A DNA stretch of 64,000 nt. Source: Bacteriovoracia bacterium (GTDB lineage: Bacteria > Bdellovibrionota > UBA1018 > CAIPTA01). Below are positions 29,442 through 42,910 of the stretch, piece by piece; position 1 is the first letter of the stretch, and each line of letters begins with the position of its first letter. The stretch lies in the NCBI GenBank assembly GCA_050246755.1, contig JBFWVL010000001.1, forward strand, positions 1,504,001 to 1,568,000, read 5' to 3'. The notes beneath the pieces were generated by a model. It saw only the letters and a list, made by a program, of their open reading frames with translations, was not told the DNA's origin and did not search any database. The position numbers and the translations under genes are program-made.

Positions 29442-30503
29442 ATGGATAAAACCCGTATCATCGTTTCCGACGTCTATCTCCTTGATATGAATTCGAAGGA
29501 GGAAACACGTATTTTCGACGAGCTGGTGATTGGTCGCACCGAATGCGACCTGGAATTTCCCGCCGACACGCTTATCAGCCGCCGCCACCTGCGGTTGATT
29601 CCCGCCGACGACGTGGTGATGGTGGAAGATCTTGGCTCCACCAACAAAACTCTGGTCAATGGAAAACTCTTGAAACCGAACGTGCTGTACAAGCTTCGCT
29701 CCCGCGACGTGATCGAGTTCGGCAAGCAAAAATGCCAGGTATTTATCGGTGGCAAGATCGCCGACGGGCGCAAAGCGCCGCGCGAAAATGAGGAGAATTC
29801 CGCCGCACTGAGCAAGCTTGTTGCTTCTCCCGAAAAATCAAAGGCGAGCAAAGAGAAAAAGAATAGTGGCCGCGATCTAGGCGGGCTCGAAGATTTCTCG
29901 GCCATGGATGCGGTTCCTACTTTTGAAGAGAGCGAAGTGGCGATCGCGCGGCTGGTGAACGAACGGGGCGTGAGCTGGTTCCTTCAGTTCGACGGCAGCG
30001 AGTTCGGCCCCCTTAATTTCAACGAAATGAAGGCCATCGTGAACAGTGAGCGCTTTCAGGGCGGCGAGCTGTTCGTGTGGGCAGAAGGGATCCCGAGCTG
30101 GACCCTAATCTCCAAGAACCATAAAATCTTTCAGGGAAGCGCGGGCGTCGTAGACCAGCCGCCCCCGAAAGAATTCAGCAGTCCCGCCCCCTTGGTGGCG
30201 ATGGTGGTTTGGACGAAAACCGAAGCCGGTGAAAAGAGAAAAATAACCGCCACCTGCGAGAGCATCAGCGCCACCGAAATTTCCGTTATTTGCGCGGAGA
30301 AGATTTCAGATACGAAAGAATTCGAAGTGGAGGTTTCACCGCGCAAAGGCTTGGGCTTGGATCGCTTTAAGCTCGCCGTGAAGTTCGATCCAAACCGGGT
30401 GGGGAAAAAGGGCTATACGCTCGAAATCACTTCAGTTGGCCCGAAGACCAAAGCCATGATCGAGCGCCATGTGCGCGAGTATCATACGGGCGAAAAGAAT
30501 TAA
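29442..30503 (+). CDS. FHA - GYF_2(DUF4339) - PilZ-like signalling protein
   Basis: FHA: IGR, ISRRH, DLGSTN, VNG. GYF_2: WF..DG.EFGPL...VWAEG..SW. C-terminal PilZ-like barrel. AGAGG RBS before ATG 29442. Confidence 0.8.
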   Translation: MDKTRIIVSDVYLLDMNSKEETRIFDELVIGRTECDLEFPADTLISRRHLRLIPADDVVMVEDLGSTNKTLVNGKLLKPNVLYKLRSRDVIEFGKQKCQVFIGGKIADGRKAPRENEENSAALSKLVASPEKSKASKEKKNSGRDLGGLEDFSAMDAVPTFEESEVAIARLVNERGVSWFLQFDGSEFGPLNFNEMKAIVNSERFQGGELFVWAEGIPSWTLISKNHKIFQGSAGVVDQPPPKEFSSPAPLVAMVVWTKTEAGEKRKITATCESISATEISVICAEKISDTKEFEVEVSPRKGLGLDRFKLAVKFDPNRVGKKGYTLEITSVGPKTKAMIERHVREYHTGEKN

Positions 30504-31541
<1,038 letters not shown>

Positions 31542-31545
31542 TTAA

Positions 31546-32361
31546 TCACCACTGGTAGTGTCGGATCTTCTCTCCCTTTTCGGCGATTTCCGACATAGCC
31601 CTAATACCTATTTCCAAATGTAAATCCGTGTATTCCTGAAAAACCTTCTTGGCCGAGGCCTTCGTTTTAATTCCGCCTTCTTGCAGGGGAAGATCGCTCA
31701 CCAGTAGCAGGGCGCCATTGGGAACCTTGGAGGCGAAGCCGGCCGTAAAGAGCGCCGCCGTTTCCATCTCGATGCCGATTACACGCTGGGAGTAGAGGAG
31801 CTCTTTGAAGCCGGGATTAAATTCCCAGAAGCGGTAGTCGGTAGTGTGTATCACCCCGGTACGGTACTCGATTCCTTTTTCCACCAGAATTTCTGAGACG
31901 AATTTTTGCACCTTAAAGGTGGGAAGCGAAGGGACTTCGGCGGGCATAAAATGGGCCGTAACGCCTTCTCCGCGAATCGCGGCCATCGGCAAAATAAAAT
32001 CGCCCACTTTCAAGGAGCGATGCAGGCCTCCGCACATTCCAAGCAGAAGAACGGCCTTGGGCTCGATCGTGGCGAGTACTTCGATGATGAGCGCGCAGGT
32101 AGGCGCGCCGATATTGAAATTCACCAGGCTCACCCCGTGTTTAGGAGAGTGAATGGCGCTCATCGCCGAGCCCTTAGTGGCTTTTTTACAGCCGGTAATT
32201 TTCCGGAACTGCTTCATGTAGTGTTCAAAATTGGTGAGCAGAATTTGTTTTTGAAAATTTTCGCGTGCAGATCCGGTATACCGCTCGAGAATGCTTTCCG
32301 CGATGGAGCGCTTCTTCTCGTTCGAAAAAATTCGGCTAGAATTAAATCCGGGTGTTTGCAT
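31546..32361 (-). CDS. amn: AMP nucleosidase (short form)
   Basis: LERYTG, ILLTNF, LGMCGGL, AAIRGEG, IEMETA, LLVSDLP. Confidence 0.88.
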   Translation of the reverse strand: MQTPGFNSSRIFSNEKKRSIAESILERYTGSARENFQKQILLTNFEHYMKQFRKITGCKKATKGSAMSAIHSPKHGVSLVNFNIGAPTCALIIEVLATIEPKAVLLLGMCGGLHRSLKVGDFILPMAAIRGEGVTAHFMPAEVPSLPTFKVQKFVSEILVEKGIEYRTGVIHTTDYRFWEFNPGFKELLYSQRVIGIEMETAALFTAGFASKVPNGALLLVSDLPLQEGGIKTKASAKKVFQEYTDLHLEIGIRAMSEIAEKGEKIRHYQW

Positions 32362-32463
32362 GATTTTCTCTTCCTAAGATCGTAGCACCTTCAGCTCAGA
32401 GCGGCTAAGAAAAAATCAGCCATTTCACTTGGTTACGTGAGCCGGCTTCGCTATTCTTCCGGT

Positions 32464-32964
32464 ATGGCGAAAGCGAAAAAAAGCGGTAAATCGGGAAGCG
32501 AGTGGCAAACAAATTTGAAGGACTTTTTTCAAACTCCGCTCGCGGATAAAGCGGGGAGTTTTTTGAGCGAAAAAGCCACGATCGCCCTTCACGTGGAAGA
32601 GGAGGCCTTTCTGTTTCGCCGGAAAAAAGGTGAAAACGTGATTGAAGAGGCGGATTCGAAGAAATGCGAGGCAGACGTACATTTTTGGATCCCAGCGAGC
32701 GCATTGCGTCATCTTTTGGATTTGTCCGGCTTACCGGGCACCGGGTTGGGAGTGATGGGGGTTGCCGTGCTGGAGCATCTCTTTGCTGGAGAGCCGGAAA
32801 GGAAGATCAAATTCCGCGTGGACTCAGGCTTTTTGGCACTCTGGGCAAAGGGATATTTTTCCGTTTTGAAAGCCGGAGGGCCTGAAGTAGCTTCGTATGT
32901 GGCGCGCAAGGGCTTCAATAGCGTGACGCGCATCAAAGAAGTCTTAAAGAATATCCGAGGCTGA
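32464..32964 (+). CDS. Hypothetical protein, SCP2/sterol-carrier-like fold
   Basis: 166 aa. The beta-hairpin followed by ADVHFWI..SAL resembles SCP2. Probably co-transcribed with hpt. Confidence 0.55.
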   Translation: MAKAKKSGKSGSEWQTNLKDFFQTPLADKAGSFLSEKATIALHVEEEAFLFRRKKGENVIEEADSKKCEADVHFWIPASALRHLLDLSGLPGTGLGVMGVAVLEHLFAGEPERKIKFRVDSGFLALWAKGYFSVLKAGGPEVASYVARKGFNSVTRIKEVLKNIRG

Positions 32965-32965
32965 A

Positions 32966-33505
32966 ATGCAATTCGACGACCGTCAATTTAAGCAGTTTCT
33001 TTCCGAGCAGGAAATTTCTGATCTGCTCGACGATCTCGCCGCCAAGATTAATAAAGACTACGACATGAACGACAAGATCTTGCTTGTGGGGGTGCTTAAG
33101 GGCGCCATTGTGGTCATGGCCGATTTAATCCGCCGCTTGCACTCCGACGTGGAAGTTGATTTCGTGCGGGTGGCTGCTTACGGTAAATCCGTGGGGAACT
33201 CGGGCACCATTACTTTGCTTAAAGATATCGGAGTGGATATCCGGAATCGCCACGTGATCATCGTAGAGGAAGTGATAGATAGCGGCCGCACCTTGAAGTA
33301 CCTCTACGATCGCCTAAAAGCCGGAAGCCCGCTTTCCATTCGCATCGCTACGCTGCTCGACAAGCAATCGAAGCGAGTAGTTAAAATCGATGCCGACTAT
33401 GTGGGCAAGGTCGTGGACGATCAATTTCTTATTGGATACGGCCTTGATCTGGAAGAGCGATGCCGGAATCTTCCCGACATTCATTCCCTGAAGTACCCGA
33501 ACTAG
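32966..33505 (+). CDS. hpt: Hypoxanthine phosphoribosyltransferase
   Basis: VGVLKGA, VIIVEEVIDSGRTL PRPP loop, FLIGYGLD, RNLP. Confidence 0.93.
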   Translation: MQFDDRQFKQFLSEQEISDLLDDLAAKINKDYDMNDKILLVGVLKGAIVVMADLIRRLHSDVEVDFVRVAAYGKSVGNSGTITLLKDIGVDIRNRHVIIVEEVIDSGRTLKYLYDRLKAGSPLSIRIATLLDKQSKRVVKIDADYVGKVVDDQFLIGYGLDLEERCRNLPDIHSLKYPN

Positions 33506-33507
33506 CT

Positions 33508-36171
<2,664 letters not shown>

Positions 36172-36182
36172 GCCCTAAAACC

Positions 36183-36419
36183 TCACGGGAGGTATTTTCT
36201 TTCAATTTTTTGCAGCGCCGGCCGGGCATTCTGAATGCCGTTGGCCCAGATAAAATATCCTGCACCAACGATCAACGCGACCGCCGAGAGGAGGCACCCT
36301 ATCGCTTTCCCGCCACGGCCCGTGCGCTTAAAGTGCGCCGACAATTCTACGAGTATGAGCGCCGTGGGAATTGCCCACCAGGGATAAATCTCAATGATAA
36401 AATAGAGAATGGAGAGCAC
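36183..36419 (-). CDS. Small membrane protein
   Basis: 78 aa with two hydrophobic helices; fills the gap between metK and valS in the same orientation. Confidence 0.65.
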   Translation of the reverse strand: MLSILYFIIEIYPWWAIPTALILVELSAHFKRTGRGGKAIGCLLSAVALIVGAGYFIWANGIQNARPALQKIERKYLP

Positions 36420-36435
36420 TAGGCCTTGCCTTTGC

Positions 36436-37605
36436 TTACGCTTTGCAAGCGCGTTTCAAGTCTTCCACCCGGTCGGTCTCTTCCCAGGCGAAGCCTTCGC
36501 CGCGACGGCCGAAGTGACCGTAGGCGGCCGTCTGGCTGTAGATGGGACGCAGGAGCTTGAGGGTAGAAATGATCTGCGCCGGCTTAAAGGGAAATACTTC
36601 ACGTACGGCAGCCTGGATTTTATTCTCGTCCACTTTAGCGGTGCCGAAGGTTTCCACCATGAGGCTTACTGGTTCGGCCACCCCGATAGCGTAGCCAACT
36701 TGCACCAGGCAACGATCGGCGAGCCCCGCCGCCACCACGTTTTTCGCGGCGTAACGAGCCATGTAGCAGGCCGAGCGGTCCACCTTCGTGGGGTCTTTTC
36801 CGGAGAAGGCCCCGCCACCGTGAGCGCCATGCCCGCCGTAGGTGTCCACGATGATCTTACGGCCGGTGAGCCCACAGTCTCCCATGGGTCCGCCGATTAC
36901 GAAGCGTCCCGTGGGATTGATGTGAAATTTAGTTTTCGAATCGAGCCATTCCGCGGGGATAACTTTTTTGATCACTTCTTCGCGGATACCCTCTTGAATC
37001 TTAGCGAGGCTAACGTCGTCGGAGTGCTGTGAGCTCACCACGATGGCGTCAACGCGCTTGGGTTTCCCGTCCACGTATTCCATCGTTACTTGAGTCTTGC
37101 CGTCGGGGCGCAAGAACGAAAGGGGGCCGCCTTTGCGGGCCGCCGTGAGGCGCTCGGCCAAACGGTGAGACCAGAAAATCGTATGCGGCATTTGCTCGGG
37201 AGCTTCATTGATCGCGTAGCCGAACATGATGCCCTGATCGCCGGCGCCTTGTTCTTTACTGGCGCTGGTTTCGGCGGTAACGCCGAGGGAAATATCGGGA
37301 GACTGCTTGCCTAGCGCGACCATCACCGAACAGGTTTTATAATCGAAGCCTTTATTGGTGTCGTCGTAGCCGATTTTGCGCACGGTCTCGCGCACCACGG
37401 TGGGAATATCCACGATCGCGGAGGTGGTTACTTCGCCCGCCACTATCACGATCCCGGTGGTCGTCATGGTTTCGCAAGCCACGCGGCTGCGCGGATCCTG
37501 TGCGAGCATCGCATCCAGTACTGCATCGGAAATTTGATCAGCCATTTTATCTGGATGACCTTCGGTTACCGATTCAGACGTGAAAAAATAATCCCTCAAA
37601 ACCAT
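36436..37605 (-). CDS. metK: S-adenosylmethionine synthase
   Basis: [31 protein letters not shown]. Confidence 0.98.
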   Translation of the reverse strand: MVLRDYFFTSESVTEGHPDKMADQISDAVLDAMLAQDPRSRVACETMTTTGIVIVAGEVTTSAIVDIPTVVRETVRKIGYDDTNKGFDYKTCSVMVALGKQSPDISLGVTAETSASKEQGAGDQGIMFGYAINEAPEQMPHTIFWSHRLAERLTAARKGGPLSFLRPDGKTQVTMEYVDGKPKRVDAIVVSSQHSDDVSLAKIQEGIREEVIKKVIPAEWLDSKTKFHINPTGRFVIGGPMGDCGLTGRKIIVDTYGGHGAHGGGAFSGKDPTKVDRSACYMARYAAKNVVAAGLADRCLVQVGYAIGVAEPVSLMVETFGTAKVDENKIQAAVREVFPFKPAQIISTLKLLRPIYSQTAAYGHFGRRGEGFAWEETDRVEDLKRACKA

Positions 37606-37657
37606 GCGCTACCTCTGTGTATTGGGCGAAGATTGGTAAAAAATTTAAACCCGCGGT

Positions 37658-37780
37658 TTAAGCGTGGATTTTGAATTTCGGCGTAGTGCCTTTGGCGCGC
37701 ACGGCTTTTTTGCGGCGCAATCCTTTGTTCGCTTTTTTGGTTTGACGGATGAGACGAGTTTTTCTTGTTGGTGATGCCAT
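37658..37780 (-). CDS. 40-aa very basic small protein (below the ORF-track size cutoff)
   Basis: Hand translation gives MASPTRKTRLIRQTKKANKGLRRKKAVRAKGTTPKFKIHA*. GAGG RBS 5 nt before the ATG; co-oriented upstream of metK. Confidence 0.7.
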   Translation of the reverse strand: MASPTRKTRLIRQTKKANKGLRRKKAVRAKGTTPKFKIHA

Positions 37781-37888
37781 GGAAGCCTCTGATTTTGCTT
37801 GTAGTTATTGCCCTCAGAGCTATCGCAGCTGAGAGGAGAAATCAACCGGAATTGCAGGGCTGGCAAAGGGCTTGCTTAGCGGTGTTCC

Positions 37889-39184
37889 ATGGCAAACCTA
37901 CAGGCTGCGTTTTTGTTCTTTTTCTTCTTTTGGGCTCACTTCGCTTTCGCGGCTGACGCATTGCCCTTGGCGATAGGGGAGCAGAAGAGTTTTCCTGTGC
38001 CGGCCGGGCTTCGGTTTAGCGTGGGAAACCCCGAAGTGATCCAAGTGAAAGCCACGCAGCTGGCCGACGGGCAGGCTCTACTGATCGTAAAGGGAAAAAG
38101 CCAAGGCTATTCAGACCTTGTGTTCATTGGGGACAAAGACCTAAAGCGGAATCTTGCTTTCCGGGTATTCACTAAAAAGCAGGCCGCCATTACGCAGGAT
38201 GGCCGATCAGCCCTTTCCGCGGGTTCGGGCCTGGCCCTGGAGCCCCAAGGGGACGGCTGGTTACTAAGGGGAAAAACTCGCTCCATGGACGACTGGAATG
38301 TGGCTCAAGCGATGTTGAGCCAGGCGAAGGGCAAGGCCGCCGTGCTGGCTAGTCTCCATCCGCTAGAGCGCATTCGAGCCGAAAGCCGTATCCGCCGCCT
38401 GCTCCGCTCTTCTGGACTACAGGAAATCGAAGTAAAAAGTGCCGGGAGCCTAGTGGTGCTCACGGGGTTTGCGGCTTCCGCGCAAGAAAAGGAATTCGCC
38501 GAGGCACTTGGGCGCCAAGTGGTCCAGAGCCTGCGCTCAGAGGTGAAGGTTCCTTTCGAGAGCGGCGCGCGAATAAGATTTCACGCGAAAATCCTAGAGA
38601 TTTTGCGAACGGACGGAATGGCGCTCGGATTGAACTGGAACGAAGGTATTCCTTCGGCCCTTATGGTGAGCAAGGGCTTCACGAAGGCTAATTTTAGCCT
38701 TGAGGCCGGATTGAAACTGCTCGAAAAACGGGGGCACGCCCGCGTACTTTCTCAACCCGAGCTTTTACTAAACGAAAAGGGCATTGCCGAGTTGAAGGTG
38801 GGGGGAGAAATTCCCATTCCCACGCATTCCAAGAATTCCGCGAGCGTAGAGTGGAAACCCTACGGCCTTACCCTTCGGTTAGAGCTTCCGGGAGTTTCTA
38901 AGCGCCTGGCCCGCGCGAAAATCACCGTAGAAATCAGCACGCTGGATCCTACTACCGGAAACGAAGGAATTCCAGGAATCCGCTTGAGCCGGATGGAAAC
39001 TCAGGTGGATATGGCTCTGGGCAGGCCAGTTTTGCTTTCTGGGCTGATGGAGCGCCGGGAAAGCGATCTTCAGGCGGGGCTGCCTTTTTTGGGAAGAATT
39101 CCGATTCTCGGAGAGCTTTTCAAGTCTCGTGATTTTCAAGAGAATCGCTCGGAGCTGGTGATCTTGCTCGAGGCAGTGCGTTAG
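37889..39184 (+). CDS. cpaC: Tad/Flp pilus secretin (CpaC/RcpA-like)
   Basis: Signal peptide, N-terminal pilus-formation domain (SVGNPEVI), BON-like domain, and secretin motifs VGGEIPIP, WKPYG and GLPFLGRIPILGELFKSRDFQ. Confidence 0.85.
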   Translation: MANLQAAFLFFFFFWAHFAFAADALPLAIGEQKSFPVPAGLRFSVGNPEVIQVKATQLADGQALLIVKGKSQGYSDLVFIGDKDLKRNLAFRVFTKKQAAITQDGRSALSAGSGLALEPQGDGWLLRGKTRSMDDWNVAQAMLSQAKGKAAVLASLHPLERIRAESRIRRLLRSSGLQEIEVKSAGSLVVLTGFAASAQEKEFAEALGRQVVQSLRSEVKVPFESGARIRFHAKILEILRTDGMALGLNWNEGIPSALMVSKGFTKANFSLEAGLKLLEKRGHARVLSQPELLLNEKGIAELKVGGEIPIPTHSKNSASVEWKPYGLTLRLELPGVSKRLARAKITVEISTLDPTTGNEGIPGIRLSRMETQVDMALGRPVLLSGLMERRESDLQAGLPFLGRIPILGELFKSRDFQENRSELVILLEAVR

Positions 39185-40245
39185 TGCGGGCTCGTGAATC
39201 TACTGCTGCCATACAGGAGTTTTTGCTGGCGCGCGGCCTCGAGGCTGGTGATCCCGATGCCATGGCCGCTGTGCGGGAAGAGCTAAAAATCGATGAGTTA
39301 GAGTTGGAAGAATTTTTCGGCCATGGGCCGCTCGCACCCTTGTTGGCGGACGAATCGATAACGGAAATCTTGGTGAATGGCCTGGATGAAATCTGGGTGG
39401 AAAGATCCGGAAACCTTATTCTTTCAGGCGCGAAATTTAGCGGAGAAGAAAGCTTGCGCCGGTACGTGCGGCGTCTTCTTGCGCAAGCCGGGCGCAAGGT
39501 GGATCACCAGGCCCCCTTCGCCGACGCTTCTCTTCCCTGCGGTAGCCGCCTGCACGTGGCCGGACCTCCGGTAACCAAACGTGGATACTGCCTTTCTATT
39601 CGAAAATTCTCTTCTTCTCCGTGGACGCTCGCGAGGCTGGAAGCGAGTGGTGCGCTAACGAAGAAAAGCGCCGTTCTTCTGGAGTCGCTTGTGCGCTCCC
39701 GCCAAAATATCTTAGTGGCGGGCGGTACGGGAAGTGGGAAAACCTCCATGCTCGGAGCGCTGTTGGGGCAAGTGGGAATAGCCGAACGCACGATTTTGCT
39801 CGAAGATATTTCTGAAATTAAGGCGCATCATGCGCACCTTATCGGCCTCGAGGCTCGCCCTCCTAATCAAGAGGGGGAAGGAGAAATTACGTTAAAGCGC
39901 CTGCTACGCGAAGCTCTGCGGATGCGTCCCGATCGGCTCGTAGTGGGGGAATGCCGGGGACCGGAAGCCCTCGATCTGCTGCTGGCCCTAAACACCGGGC
40001 ACCACGGCTCAATGGCCACGATCCATGCGAATTCTCCCCGTGAGGCATTAGCCAGACTGGAAACCCTGGCCATGCTTGCGGCCGAAAATCTCCGGGAAGG
40101 GGCCGTGAAATCGCTCGTAGCGGGAAGTATTCAGTTCGTGGCTCAGCTGGCGCGCACCGAAAACGGCCGGCGTCTCGTGAACCTGGCGGAAATCAAGGGA
40201 GTAGACGGCGGCCGTTATTTGTTAAAAGAACTAGAGCTCACATAA
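39184..40245 (+). CDS. cpaF: Tad pilus assembly ATPase (CpaF family)
   Basis: [53 protein letters not shown]. Confidence 0.92.
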   Translation: MRARESTAAIQEFLLARGLEAGDPDAMAAVREELKIDELELEEFFGHGPLAPLLADESITEILVNGLDEIWVERSGNLILSGAKFSGEESLRRYVRRLLAQAGRKVDHQAPFADASLPCGSRLHVAGPPVTKRGYCLSIRKFSSSPWTLARLEASGALTKKSAVLLESLVRSRQNILVAGGTGSGKTSMLGALLGQVGIAERTILLEDISEIKAHHAHLIGLEARPPNQEGEGEITLKRLLREALRMRPDRLVVGECRGPEALDLLLALNTGHHGSMATIHANSPREALARLETLAMLAAENLREGAVKSLVAGSIQFVAQLARTENGRRLVNLAEIKGVDGGRYLLKELELT

Positions 40246-40506
40246 GACCGAAATTCTCTCGCGTAGGATTTCTGATCTTGTTTCGCAAGTGGCGATATTC
40301 CGTTCCGCGGTTTCACAAAACGCTTTCGTAAGGGAAGGCTTTTCTATTTTATAGGCAAAAGCGAAAAGGTAAGCTTGGCGCGCTTCCTCGTGGCGGCAGG
40401 GAAGATCGGTGAAAGTGGGGATTTCTGTCTGTAGTCTCGGTATGTTCGCCCGGGTGCCCACACACACCGCGGCGAGCGGGATTAAAAATAGAATCTTGTA
40501 GTTCAT
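40231..40506 (-). CDS. Small exported Cys-containing hypothetical protein
   Basis: 91 aa with a hydrophobic N-terminus and four Cys in the mature part; its ATG overlaps the stop of the TadB/C gene. Confidence 0.55.
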   Translation of the reverse strand: MNYKILFLIPLAAVCVGTRANIPRLQTEIPTFTDLPCRHEEARQAYLFAFAYKIEKPSLTKAFCETAERNIATCETRSEILRERISVLCEL

Positions 40507-41528
40507 TGTAGTTCCTGGAGCAAGGGGATCAGCAGACCCGCTAACACCAGAAGCGTGCCCGGAAAAAAGCAGACAAAGAGGGGAAGTAAAAGAGTGACCG
40601 GCAGACGCTGCACTCTCTCTTCCCAGCGAGATTCAAGCTCCGAGTACAAGTTTTGTAAAAAGCCGAGGAGATCTTCCCGTAGGGGGGCGCCGGTGAGGGC
40701 GGCGTGGCGCAAAAGGGATTTCAGTTGTAGGATTTTTTCTGGCGGAGAAAATTTTCCGAGCATGAGCCGATTCAGTTCGCCCGAGGCCACGCTGGAAAGT
40801 GAACGCTCCAGCGCGGTATCGGCATCGGTGCCCATCGAGATCTCAGCCACCATCCTCAGCGTAAGCTCGGGGAGCTCTTTCTCTTCCAGCGATTCGGCCG
40901 GCGAGGCCGGTTCAAGGGCCCGCGCGAGCGCACGTTTCATCCATTGACGGCCGAGGCCCGTTAGGGCAATCGCGATTGCCCAGAGCAGCCAAGTAAGGGA
41001 ATGCCGAGCAGCTAGTTGGAACCATTCTTGGTCTACTAAGAAAATCATGAAAGCAAGGCCCCAGGGCAACCAAGAAAGAACCTCGGCCTGAGCTCGTGCC
41101 TGGCCGGTAAGAGCGCGAGATCGGAGCTGAAGTTTTCGCTTGGCACCTAGTACCTGCTGAAAAATTTGCAAAGTGGCGAGAATGGGCATGCCGGTGCGCA
41201 GCGCGGAGGAAAGGTAGGTAGAAAGAAAATCGGCGGGCGGGCTTCCATCGGCAATTCTGCGCAATTGTTCACGCACCGCGGTGGGGCAATCCTGTTCCTT
41301 AGCGGCCATCGTCAGGGCGGAATCGAGGCTAACTCCGGCGCGGGCCGCCGCGATTAAACGGGAGCAGATAAAAAGCCCGGGTTCGGTAACGCTATTTTGT
41401 TGCAGGAGCTGCTTTAAGCGCGCATGGGCAGTGGCGACGACTCTAACGCATAGGCGATCCATGCCTGTGGGCGCGACGGCGCAGCAAAAAAAAACAAGTA
41501 TTCCGACGATCATAGCCAAGATTGCCAT
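40503..41528 (-). CDS. Fused TadB/TadC-like (T2SS F-domain) platform protein
   Basis: Two F-like modules in one chain (RAGVSLDSAL..RALTGQARAQA and MG...ALERS..LPVTLLLPL..CFFPG), convergent with cpaC-cpaF. Confidence 0.78.
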   Translation of the reverse strand: MAILAMIVGILVFFCCAVAPTGMDRLCVRVVATAHARLKQLLQQNSVTEPGLFICSRLIAAARAGVSLDSALTMAAKEQDCPTAVREQLRRIADGSPPADFLSTYLSSALRTGMPILATLQIFQQVLGAKRKLQLRSRALTGQARAQAEVLSWLPWGLAFMIFLVDQEWFQLAARHSLTWLLWAIAIALTGLGRQWMKRALARALEPASPAESLEEKELPELTLRMVAEISMGTDADTALERSLSSVASGELNRLMLGKFSPPEKILQLKSLLRHAALTGAPLREDLLGFLQNLYSELESRWEERVQRLPVTLLLPLFVCFFPGTLLVLAGLLIPLLQELQ

Positions 41529-41626
41529 TTCTGGCCGATTGCAAAGCCGGAGCCAGGATACGATCAATCCGAAAGCACTTGAAGCAAAGAACGGTGAAGC
41601 ATTTGAACTCGTGGTACGATTTTCTA

Positions 41627-42910
41627 ATGAAGAAAACTTGGCGCCACAGCAAACAGAAGTTCATTGGACAATCCCAGCTCGAACGTTTTGATTTCGAGAA
41701 CGGATTGCGTCTGATTGTGCTGGAAAACAAATTGGCCCCGGTTTTTTCTTACCAAACTTGGTTCAACGTCGGATCCCGCGACGAGGAAAAGGGAAAGTCT
41801 GGCCTCGCGCATTTGTTCGAACACATGATGTTCAAGGGCACGCGCTCGCGCCCGCAGGGGGTTTTCGACCGCGCGATGGAGTCCGCAGGCGCTCGCGATT
41901 TAAACGCATTTACGAGCACCGACTACACGGCTTATGTGGCGAGCTTGCCGATCTCTTCCCTAGAGCTGGTGGCCGAGCTCGAATCCGATCGCATGACGAG
42001 TCTTAATCTCACAAAGGAGCAGTTCGAGTCTGAGCGCGAAGTGGTGCACAACGAGCGCAAGCAAGTGATGGAAAATAATCCCGAAGGGAAAATGTACGAG
42101 GAACTTCAGCGTCTCGCATTCACGCGCCATCCTTATGGGCGCCCGGTGATCGGCTTTGCCCAAGATTTGGATTCCATGACGGTGGAAGACTGCAACGATT
42201 TCTATAGAGGATTTTACGCTCCCGACCACGCCGTGATTTGCGTGGCTGGAGGAGTCAAACCCGAACGTGTCGCGGCGGTAGTGAACAAGTATTACGGGAA
42301 AATACCGGCCTCGGGCCGCAAAGAGCCGGCCGTAGCGCCTGAGCCCATGCCTACACAGGAGAACGTGAGCGTGCTCACGCTACCCGTGCAGGTGGAGAAG
42401 TGCTATATCGGCTACCGCGTGCCCGATGCCCGTCATGCCGATCAAGTTCCGCTCTCCATTCTTTCGATGGTCCTCTCCACCGGACGCAGTTCCCGGCTGT
42501 ATCAAGCCTTGGTGGATACCGGGATTTGTATCGACGCTGGCACCAGCGTGGGAGGCTCTAAGGATTCTTCGCTCTTTTACTTCAGCTTTACTTGTCAGAA
42601 GGGCAAGCGAGCTGAGGCCGCTATCGAGGTAATCGATCGCGAGCTCGCCTTGCTTCTGGAAAAAGGCATCACCGCCGAAGAGCTCGAGCGCGTGAAGAAT
42701 AAGCTGCGCACCGAGATTCATGCTGGGCTCGCAACCAATAGCGCCGTGGCCCGGTTTGTGGGGCAGAACGAGATTGTGCTCGGCAATGTGGAGGCCGCCA
42801 TCGATGAGATCGAGAAGATCCAGCGTGTAGAGGTTCCCGAAGTTCGCGAAATGGCGCGTAAATATTTGCGTAAAGAAACGCGTACCGTAGTGATTGGAAA
42901 GCCAGAATGA
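41627..42910 (+). CDS. M16 (pitrilysin-family) zinc protease, catalytic subunit
   Basis: GLAHLFEHMMFKGT (HxxEH), NAFTS.DYT, EREVV..E, HPYGRP.IG, SSRLY. Confidence 0.93.
   Translation: MKKTWRHSKQKFIGQSQLERFDFENGLRLIVLENKLAPVFSYQTWFNVGSRDEEKGKSGLAHLFEHMMFKGTRSRPQGVFDRAMESAGARDLNAFTSTDYTAYVASLPISSLELVAELESDRMTSLNLTKEQFESEREVVHNERKQVMENNPEGKMYEELQRLAFTRHPYGRPVIGFAQDLDSMTVEDCNDFYRGFYAPDHAVICVAGGVKPERVAAVVNKYYGKIPASGRKEPAVAPEPMPTQENVSVLTLPVQVEKCYIGYRVPDARHADQVPLSILSMVLSTGRSSRLYQALVDTGICIDAGTSVGGSKDSSLFYFSFTCQKGKRAEAAIEVIDRELALLLEKGITAEELERVKNKLRTEIHAGLATNSAVARFVGQNEIVLGNVEAAIDEIEKIQRVEVPEVREMARKYLRKETRTVVIGKPE

Noticed and set aside
37606-37888. SAM riboswitch upstream of metK
   Set aside because: No SAM-I or SAM-II consensus is visible, and the space is better explained by the 40-aa ORF.
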